From a virus (lineage: Duplodnaviria > Caudoviricetes): DNA of 25,629 nucleotides. The stretch covers positions 1 to 25,629 of the IMG/VR virus record IMGVR_UViG_3300020045_020040; one strand, written 5' to 3'. How positions within the stretch are numbered: the first letter of the stretch is position 1; every line of letters starts with the position of its first letter. The notes under the pieces were generated by a model. That model searched no databases. It worked only from the letters and a program-made list of their open reading frames with translations, and had not been told where the DNA came from. The translations under genes and the position numbers were made by a program. Shown here piece by piece: positions 19,137-25,629 of this stretch.

Positions 19137-19397
19137 ATGGAAAAACAATTGGTTTTATTTGATACTCCAAAAATACAGAGACGTATCCGGAAAAGTAATG
19201 GTCAATTCTGCACAATGACACAGAAGGAAGCTGATGAACGCTTCCACAAAGTGTCTTCCGTAATGGCTGAAAACGCGATGTTAAAACGAAAGGTTGAATC
19301 CTTGAATTATCTAGTAAATTATTATTCACATAAATCAAATATTAATTATGGAAACGAAAGATCAAAATGTAATGGAAGTAGAGCCCAGGGTGAATAG
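19137..19397 (+). CDS. Hypothetical protein
   Basis: In-frame ATG 19137 (MEKQLVLFDTPKIQRRIRKSNGQF...) preferred over the TTG at 19071. Confidence 0.55.
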   Translation: MEKQLVLFDTPKIQRRIRKSNGQFCTMTQKEADERFHKVSSVMAENAMLKRKVESLNYLVNYYSHKSNINYGNERSKCNGSRAQGE

Positions 19398-19701
19398 CCC
19401 TAAAAAGTTTAAAACAATTTTAGAAGTTCTGGAGGATGAAAGATTTGAAAGATTTCTTTCTGAATCCATGAATAAGGCTTTCAATCCTCCACCACCTCCG
19501 CCTGGAAAGATATATAAACATAAACCATGGGAACGCCTTAAAAGATTTCATATTGATTCTCCAGCTGCTATACTTCGTGAGTACTCACTGATTTTAAGTC
19601 GTAAGTCTATGGAAAATATGCAAATGAGAACATTTATACAGGCTATCGTTCAAAATGCGGTTTCCGCAACAATCATTAGTTATAATCTTCAAGACAATTA
19701 A
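19348..19701 (+). CDS. Hypothetical protein
   Basis: 117 aa with a hexa-proline stretch. Confidence 0.65.
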   Translation: METKDQNVMEVEPRVNSPKKFKTILEVLEDERFERFLSESMNKAFNPPPPPPGKIYKHKPWERLKRFHIDSPAAILREYSLILSRKSMENMQMRTFIQAIVQNAVSATIISYNLQDN

Positions 19702-19703
19702 AT

Positions 19704-19883
19704 ATGGAACTCATAATTATAACGCTGTTTGTTTTTAGCCTGATGCTTTTGATCATGTATTTAGGAGCTAACACGAAAAATAGGAGGGTAGAAAAAGAAA
19801 ATTACAAGATTAAAGAACAGAATGAATGTCTGGTTATTGAAAATGATAATTTGAAGGATCTATTAAATATTAAAACCAATTAA
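19704..19883 (+). CDS. Small membrane-anchored coiled-coil protein (59 aa)
   Basis: MELIIITLFVFSLMLLIMYLGANTKNRRVEKENYKIKEQNECLVIENDNLKDLLNIKTN*; exactly fills the intergenic gap; below the ORF-track cut-off. Confidence 0.6.
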   Translation: MELIIITLFVFSLMLLIMYLGANTKNRRVEKENYKIKEQNECLVIENDNLKDLLNIKTN

Positions 19884-19889
19884 AATCTT

Positions 19890-20360
19890 ATGAAAACATT
19901 ACAAATTGAAGACAAAGAAGCCAGGAAGTTATTTCCAGTTGCTTCAGCTGAAATGAAAGCTATTTTAATTTCAACATTCGGCGCTGAATTTTTCAGTGGT
20001 AAAATCACTGACCGTATTAAAACCTATGAAGATGCCTGCGCTGATACCGGAGAAACTCCTGTTGATGAAAAGCAAATGAAAGCTGCAGGGTTTACTCAGG
20101 ATGAAATTGATTACCGAAAAATAAAAACGGTTACCAAGGCTTTGGTTGGATACTGGAAGGCAGATTGGTCTAATAGTGATCAGCAAAAATGGTATCCATT
20201 TTTTAGGCTGTCTTGCGCGGGCTTCGTTTTCGGTGATGCGGGTTACATCTTTTCGGATGCGCGCGCGGGTAGCGCCTCTCGCCTTTGCTTTCCAAACGAT
20301 GAACTGGCTACTTATGCCGGTAAGCAATTCACTGAACTTTACAAATCATTTATTCTATAA
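19890..20360 (+). CDS. DGR target protein 1 (contains VR1)
   Basis: 156 aa; carries a variable repeat at 20206-20291; paralogous to the next gene. Confidence 0.9.
   Translation: MKTLQIEDKEARKLFPVASAEMKAILISTFGAEFFSGKITDRIKTYEDACADTGETPVDEKQMKAAGFTQDEIDYRKIKTVTKALVGYWKADWSNSDQQKWYPFFRLSCAGFVFGDAGYIFSDARAGSASRLCFPNDELATYAGKQFTELYKSFIL
20206..20291 (+). repeat. DGR variable repeat VR1
   Basis: Gap-free alignment to TR: 16 mismatches, all at TR adenines (12 A>G, 3 A>T, 1 A>C), plus one T/C difference near the 3' end. Confidence 0.95.
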
Positions 20361-20389
20361 ACAAGCTGAAAAGCACAACTCAAATCCAA

Positions 20390-20770
20390 ATGAAAAAAGA
20401 AGAAAAAACAGTAACTGAGATGATTAAATCTTTTGAAGATGCTCAAAAAGCAACTGGCCGTCCGAATGTACCCGATTTTTCAAATGTTCCGGAAGACTTG
20501 CGAGATTACTTTATTGCGCTGTACAAAATGGCTATAATTTCTGAAGCGTTGAATGGAGACTGGAAAGCAGACTACAACGATAGTAGTCAACCTAAATACT
20601 ATCCTTGGTTCTGGCTGTCTTGCGCGGGCTTCGTTTTCGATGGTACGTATTACTACTTTTCGACTGCGCACGCGGGTAACGCCTCTCGCCTTTGCTTTAA
20701 AACGCGGGAAATTGCCAAATATGCCGGCGAACAATTTCTTTCAATTTGGACGGATATAATCACGAAATAA
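20390..20770 (+). CDS. DGR target protein 2 (contains VR2)
   Basis: 126 aa; carries a variable repeat at 20613-20701. Confidence 0.9.
   Translation: MKKEEKTVTEMIKSFEDAQKATGRPNVPDFSNVPEDLRDYFIALYKMAIISEALNGDWKADYNDSSQPKYYPWFWLSCAGFVFDGTYYYFSTAHAGNASRLCFKTREIAKYAGEQFLSIWTDIITK
20613..20701 (+). repeat. DGR variable repeat VR2
   Basis: Gap-free alignment to TR: 12 mismatches, all at TR adenines (6 A>G, 4 A>T, 2 A>C), plus the same 3' T/C difference. Confidence 0.95.
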
Positions 20771-20794
20771 AAAGATAGGTTGTTTGTTTTTGAG

Positions 20795-20883
20795 GGCTGT
20801 CTTGCGCAGGCTTCGTTTTCAATGATACGAATTACAACTATTCGAATGCGAACGCGAGTAACACCTCTCACCTATGTTTTAAA
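20795..20883 (+). ncRNA. DGR template repeat (TR)
   Basis: A-rich third copy between the targets and the RT. It has six AAY codons in the VR frame and 21 adenines in 20795-20874, and is preceded in frame by TGA (20791-20793). Confidence 0.93.
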
Positions 20884-20902
20884 TATTTCAAAGACAAAGA
20901 CC

Positions 20903-20916
20903 TTGCCACTTGGCAA
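20903..20916 (+). other. Short hairpin in the TR-RT spacer, probable DGR RNA structural element
   Basis: TTGCC-ACTT-GGCAA about 20 nt downstream of TR. Confidence 0.5.
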
Positions 20917-20978
20917 AAAACAACTTATTCAAACGGTGCTGGTAAGGAAACTGAAGGCTCTAATTAGAAAGCAAAGCA

Positions 20979-21962
20979 ATGAAACGAATAAATAACCTTT
21001 ACGATCAAATATGTACACCTGACAACCTGCTATTGGCCTACAACAAGGCCAAGCAGGGAAAAGGTGATACCTACGGTGTTCGTCTTTTCCAAAAAGACCT
21101 GGACAAGAATCTTCTTAAGATTCATCATGAACTTACCACCTGTACATTCAGAACATCCGAATACAGCATTTTCACCATTTACGAGCCTAAAGAACGGATC
21201 ATATACCGTCTTCCATTTCGGGACAGGGTTGTTCATCATGCAGTAATGAATATCCTTGAAAACATCTGGGTGTCAGTATTTATTTCGCATTCCTATTCCT
21301 GCATAAAAGGCAGGGGCATTCATGGCGTTTTAAGACATATTCAACGTGATTTAAACGACAAGGAAGGGACTAAATATTGTCTTAAAATGGACATCCGGAA
21401 ATTTTACCCGAATATTGACCATGATATCCTAAAGGTCACCATTCGGAAAAAACTGAAGGACCAAAAAGTACTGCAGCTCCTAGATGAAATTATAGATTCC
21501 GCTCCTGGTGTTCCAATAGGTAACTACCTCTCACAGTTCTTTGCAAATCTTTATCTATCCTATTTTGATCACTGGATTAAAGAAGAAAAGCAGGTTAAAT
21601 ACTACTACCGGTATGCTGATGACATCGTGATTTTAAGCCCTGACAAATCTATACTTCATAAATTACTTGTTGAAATTATTGAATACATGGATACCAGGCT
21701 AAACCTTCAGCTGAAGCAGAACTACCAGATCTTTCCGGTAGATGCTCGTGGAATTGATTTTGTTGGGTATGTCTTCAGGCATGATTATACTCTGATGCGA
21801 AAAACAATAAAGAAACGGTTTTGCCGAAAGGTGGCCAGATTAAAAAACAAACAACTAGATCCGGCTGAATATAAAATGAAAATAAGTCCCTGGCTTGGAT
21901 GGGCCAAACATTGCAACTCAAAAAACTTACTTAAAACAATCTTACATGAAACGGTTCTCTGA
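20979..21962 (+). CDS. DGR reverse transcriptase
   Basis: 327 aa; PKERII, FRDRVVHHA, KMDIRKFYPNI, GVPIGNYLSQFFANLYL, YYRYADD, GIDFVGY; no endonuclease or maturase tail; adjacent to TR. Confidence 0.96.
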   Translation: MKRINNLYDQICTPDNLLLAYNKAKQGKGDTYGVRLFQKDLDKNLLKIHHELTTCTFRTSEYSIFTIYEPKERIIYRLPFRDRVVHHAVMNILENIWVSVFISHSYSCIKGRGIHGVLRHIQRDLNDKEGTKYCLKMDIRKFYPNIDHDILKVTIRKKLKDQKVLQLLDEIIDSAPGVPIGNYLSQFFANLYLSYFDHWIKEEKQVKYYYRYADDIVILSPDKSILHKLLVEIIEYMDTRLNLQLKQNYQIFPVDARGIDFVGYVFRHDYTLMRKTIKKRFCRKVARLKNKQLDPAEYKMKISPWLGWAKHCNSKNLLKTILHETVL

Positions 21963-22263
21963 TTTAGAAATTCCACATAATGACAAACAAACAATCTTTA
22001 ACGTGCCTGTAGTATCCATTCAGGAGGTTGTAAACTGTGAGATCGAGGTTATTGCTTTTGAAGCGAATGTAAAGACTAAACATGGAGATGGCCGGTACAT
22101 TATTAAATTCAGACAGGAAGGTGTAGAACGCAAATTCTTTACCAATTCATCCTACATAAAAGAAGATATTGAAAAAGTAGACAAAGAAGATTTTCCATTC
22201 CTGACAACGATCAAGATTAAAAGCTTTGGTAGCGGATCAGGTAAATCATTTCAATTTACATAA
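21946..22263 (+). CDS. Small beta-rich protein overlapping the RT stop; candidate DGR accessory
   Basis: ATG 21946 (MKRFSDLEI..., 105 aa) preferred over 21895; 17-nt overlap with the RT. Confidence 0.7.
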   Translation: MKRFSDLEIPHNDKQTIFNVPVVSIQEVVNCEIEVIAFEANVKTKHGDGRYIIKFRQEGVERKFFTNSSYIKEDIEKVDKEDFPFLTTIKIKSFGSGSGKSFQFT

Positions 22264-22275
22264 AAAAAAAGACCA

Positions 22276-23901
22276 ATGATTCAACTTATTTATATTGACC
22301 TTTTTTGTGGTGCCGGTGGGACATCAACCGGGGTGCATCGTGCAAGAATTAACGGCGAACAATGTGCAATCGTTGCCGCTTGTATCAATCATGATGTAAA
22401 TGCCATCAGAAGCCACAAATCAAATCACAAAAATACACTTCATTTCACGGAGGATATCACAAAGCTTTACGATACGAAGAGATTCAGCTATTTAACTTCT
22501 CATGTCAATTTTCTGAAAACTCTATACCCGGACGCAAAGGTTGTTTTATGGGCCTCCTTAGAGTGCACCAATTTTTCAAAGGCAAAAGGAGGACAATCTA
22601 GGGATGCAGATTCAAGAACACTTGCGGATCATCTTTTTCCCTACATCGCTTCTTTAAATCCAGATATTATTCAGATTGAAAATGTGGAGGAATTCATGTC
22701 ATGGGGAGATCTGGACGAAAACGGCAAACCAATAAGTAGATTGGCAGGTATTGAATATCTAAGGTGGACAGGAAAAGTACAGTCTTTTGGCTATCATTTC
22801 CAACATCGCATTCTTAACGCTGCTGATTTTGGCGCCTTAACATCACGTAAGCGGTTTTTTGGACAGTTCTCACGATTAGGTGAGGAAATATTCTGGCCGG
22901 AACAAACACATGCAGAAAAGCCTCACAGTAGTTTATTTGGTGAAACTCTGAAACCTTGGAGGGCTGTCAAAGAGGTATTAGATTTCAGCGATGAAGGCGA
23001 AAGTATTTTTGACAGAAAAAAGAATCTGGTTGACGCAACAATGGAGCGTGTTTATGCCGGACTTATCAAGTTTGTTGCAGGTGGGCAGAAGGCGTTCTTA
23101 GCTCAGTATTATTCAGGTGAACCCAAAACCCATGTTCACAGCATCAATAATCCTTGTGCGACCGTAAGAACAAAGGATTGTCATTCGATTATAACATCAA
23201 ATTTTCTTTCTTCTTACTATGGGAATGGAGATAATGTTTCATCTATTGAAAAACCATCTCCAACGGTCACAACAAAAGATAGGATCGCTTTAGTGCAATC
23301 AAAATTTATCGATCAGCAGTTTGGACAAAGTAAACCTGCAAGCATAAATAAACCACTTGGAGCAATAACCACAAACCCGAAATATTCGCTGGTTAATTGT
23401 TGGATCATGAACACCAATTTTTCAAACATTGGCAGTTCAATTGATCAACCCTCCCAAACAATAACAGCAAATCACAAACAACACTATTTGATGAATCCTC
23501 AATTCAAGTCACAAGGAGGTTCAGTGGATAAGCCTTGTTTTACCCTTATTGCCCGAATGGATAAAATGCCTCCTTACCTGATCTCCACTGATTCAAAATC
23601 AAAACCTTCCTTTATCGCTATTCAAGACAATAACGTGATCTATGAGGTTTACGAGTCGGATTCTGAGATAATGGTAAAGATCAAGGAATTTATGGCTTTG
23701 TACGGAATCATGGATATTAAAATGAGAATGCTCCGTATTCCTGAGCTTAAAAAAATTATGGGTTTTGGAGAAGAATACATTTTAATCGGTTCACAAGCCG
23801 ACCAAAAAAAGTTTATAGGAAATGCTGTTGAGGTTCACATGGCAACCGCCCTAGTGGAAGCAACAGCGCAAGGATTGATCAGTAAAGAAATAGCAGCATA
23901 A
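22276..23901 (+). CDS. DNA (cytosine-5) methyltransferase, orphan phage type
   Basis: DLFCGAGG (motif I), WASLECTNFS (motif IV variant), IENVEEF (VI), SRKRFF (VIII), IGNAV (X). Confidence 0.9.
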   Translation: MIQLIYIDLFCGAGGTSTGVHRARINGEQCAIVAACINHDVNAIRSHKSNHKNTLHFTEDITKLYDTKRFSYLTSHVNFLKTLYPDAKVVLWASLECTNFSKAKGGQSRDADSRTLADHLFPYIASLNPDIIQIENVEEFMSWGDLDENGKPISRLAGIEYLRWTGKVQSFGYHFQHRILNAADFGALTSRKRFFGQFSRLGEEIFWPEQTHAEKPHSSLFGETLKPWRAVKEVLDFSDEGESIFDRKKNLVDATMERVYAGLIKFVAGGQKAFLAQYYSGEPKTHVHSINNPCATVRTKDCHSIITSNFLSSYYGNGDNVSSIEKPSPTVTTKDRIALVQSKFIDQQFGQSKPASINKPLGAITTNPKYSLVNCWIMNTNFSNIGSSIDQPSQTITANHKQHYLMNPQFKSQGGSVDKPCFTLIARMDKMPPYLISTDSKSKPSFIAIQDNNVIYEVYESDSEIMVKIKEFMALYGIMDIKMRMLRIPELKKIMGFGEEYILIGSQADQKKFIGNAVEVHMATALVEATAQGLISKEIAA

Positions 23902-23924
23902 AATAAACAATAACTAATTTGAAT

Positions 23925-23964
23925 AATAGAGCCACCATCATCCCGATAGGTGGCTCTATTGTTT
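23925..23964 (+). terminator. Intrinsic terminator ending the early operon
   Basis: AATAGAGCCACC...GGTGGCTCTATT 12-bp perfect stem followed by GTTT, 23 nt after the MTase stop. Confidence 0.8.
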
Positions 23965-24097
23965 GTAACCGCTAGGTCATTCAGCTTTTATCGCAGGTCA
24001 GAGGATCTTCGTCATTTACTCTCTTTCTATTCAACATAAAAATATTATAATGTTGTTTTCCCCACACCCCCAAAAAACAAAATCAAATGCGCTTCGC

Positions 24098-24476
24098 TTG
24101 ACTGTCTTATAAATTGATAGGGGAGAAATCGGGGAAATTTCAACAGTTTAAAATTAAACATAAACTTTTATATATTTCTTTTGACTGTTTGACGGAAAAA
24201 AGTATAAATAAAAGAAAATCAAGTAATTAAGCTCCGTCAAAGAAACCGTCAAAGAGCCGTCAAAAAGTGTACGGCTTGACAAACGGTGTTTTTTACAAAT
24301 AATATTAATATTTGTTTTGACGGTTTATAAAGCATTGATATACAGATATATATAATATTATATTAAAAAATGACCGTCAAATATAAAAATAACCTTTGAC
24401 GGAGCATATCTTATTGATATACTGAAACATAAATAAAGGCCGTCAAACCGTCAATGAAAAACGGAAATTCCGTCAA
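24098..24476. repeat. Cluster of CCGTCAA/TTGACGG heptamers in AT-rich DNA; putative replication origin
   Basis: CCGTCAA at 24234, 24246, 24257, 24374, 24440, 24448, 24470; TTGACGG at 24189, 24317, 24396; TTGACTG variants at 24098 and 24181. Confidence 0.75.
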
Positions 24477-24665
24477 ACATTTTGAGAAAAAAAAACGAAT
24501 AACTGTTTATAGTAAATATTACAAAAAACGTCTTTTGCTTATATTCTGAATTTTGCAATTTTGCTTACAGTTTTTAATAAAATGTTGATTTTTAGTATAA
24601 AAAAATGGTTAAACATTTGGTATATAGATTATTAAACCGTAACTTACGTACAAAAACCTATTTTT

Positions 24666-25208
24666 ATGAGCCAGAAATACACTGTTACACTACCATGTAA
24701 ACCATACGTAAAAAGATTTGTAGAACTGAACTACGGATCTCCGGCAGAAATATCGGACCGTATTCTGTACGATGACCTTCGCGGTAAACTGGAAAAGAAG
24801 TCCACCAGGTATGATTCCAGGTATAAGGATTTTAAAAAGTATACCGAATCGATTCAGATCCGTATTTTTTCAGATGACTTCTACCGGAATGGCTGGGAGT
24901 TGACTCATACCAATATTGTTTCATTTAACCGGACACTGGAAGGACGCGCCAAAATATTTCTTTATACCATGGTTGGTACCAGGGTATCTATGGGAATGAA
25001 TATGACCGATGCCATTGATATTTTCATGAAAAAATATGGCTTTGATGATAAGACTTGGCCAGCTGAATCCATCTATCGTGATTGCATCCGGAACCTTACG
25101 GTTGAGAAGAATGAATGTCTGTTAAATATTTCTGAAACAATTGATAAAATATGTTTGGATAGATTGTCAATAAATGGAACAATATCACGTAATATCAACA
25201 AGTTATGA
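24666..25208 (+). CDS. Hypothetical phage protein
   Basis: 180 aa, first gene after the long non-coding region. Confidence 0.75.
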   Translation: MSQKYTVTLPCKPYVKRFVELNYGSPAEISDRILYDDLRGKLEKKSTRYDSRYKDFKKYTESIQIRIFSDDFYRNGWELTHTNIVSFNRTLEGRAKIFLYTMVGTRVSMGMNMTDAIDIFMKKYGFDDKTWPAESIYRDCIRNLTVEKNECLLNISETIDKICLDRLSINGTISRNINKL

Positions 25209-25629
25209 AAAAACTAAGTTTTGATTTTAATTCCAACATGGGTGGTCTTTCTCGGATGTTTGCTATACCAATGGAATGTTTTAAAAGGATCCGGACAGAC
25301 CATACAAATGGCAAAAATTATCTGGAAGTTATCAATCGTGAAAAGATAATTGATATCTATTTTACGGAAGAAACTTCTTCTTTGTCAGAAATTCAATCAA
25401 GGGAAACATCTGGAAGTGCTTACAAAGTGGAGATTGCAGCCATTGTACCAAAGGAAAGCCCTACTAATCAGAAGGTCATGACTCAACTGGAGCATGGTTT
25501 CTGGTATGTACTATGTGAGGATAATAATGGATTCATTCGCCTGGCAGGTACTGAAGACAACCAGTTGTCATTTTCCAGAAAGGGTGGATCTGGTACCGGG
25601 GCTTCTTCCGGGAATAAATCTGAGATCAT
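25205..25629 (+). CDS. Hypothetical phage protein (3' truncated)
   Basis: ATGA overlap; MKKLSFDFNSNMGGLSRMFAIP...VLCEDNNGFIRLAGT... open to the window end. Confidence 0.7.
   Translation, partial: MKKLSFDFNSNMGGLSRMFAIPMECFKRIRTDHTNGKNYLEVINREKIIDIYFTEETSSLSEIQSRETSGSAYKVEIAAIVPKESPTNQKVMTQLEHGFWYVLCEDNNGFIRLAGTEDNQLSFSRKGGSGTGASSGNKSEI

Larger units (their letters stand above)
1..25629. mobile_element. Temperate tailed phage (Bacteroidota-type), part of the genome spanning tail/lysis, integration, immunity and replication modules
   Basis: Tape measure, holin/endolysin, tyrosine integrase, S24 repressor with divergent Cro, antirepressor and primase-helicase are all present. No host housekeeping genes were seen. 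The host group is inferred from Bacteroidota-style promoter motifs. Confidence 0.93.

Noticed and set aside
19971-20871. Alternative-frame and antisense ORFs with mutually similar peptides (19971-20327, 20146-20418, 20480-20734, 20553-20759, 20653-20871)
   Set aside because: Shadows of the VR/TR repeats within real genes.
20206-20883. Three repeats read as a CRISPR array or simple duplication
   Set aside because: Units are too long, two lie within coding frames, mismatches are adenine-specific and no cas genes are present.
20780-20995. 71-aa ORF across TR
   Set aside because: TTG start, in a different frame from the VR coding frame; better explained as the non-coding template RNA.
20979-21962. 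RT as a group II intron or retron
   Set aside because: Short, with no maturase/endonuclease tail, a PIGN..SQ motif and an adjacent TR/VR set.
24616-24647. Late promoter upstream of 24666
   Set aside because: TTTG is present, but the -7 candidate (TAACTTAC) departs from TAnnTTTG; too weak to call.

Overview
This window is about 25.6 kb of an AT-rich temperate phage of Bacteroidota type (TTTG-N20-TAnnTTTG promoter). From left to right it holds: the end of a probable virion protein, a lysis cassette, tape measure and tail genes, a tyrosine integrase, an apparently intact attP matching the 3' end of tmRNA/tRNA-Ala, a lysogeny cargo block, a cI/cro switch, early genes and a primase-helicase fusion. 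These are followed by a diversity-generating retroelement (DGR), a C5 cytosine methyltransferase, an iteron-like putative origin and the start of the next gene block. The DGR is the main discovery. One template repeat (20795-20883) matches variable repeats in two tandem paralogous small genes with 16 and 12 mismatches, all at template adenines up to 20874, plus one shared T/C difference at the 3' edge. The targets lie in the early/replication operon, not the tail module. No Avd-like gene is visible, but a small beta-rich ORF overlaps the RT stop codon. Family names come from motif recognition by eye, not from database searches.
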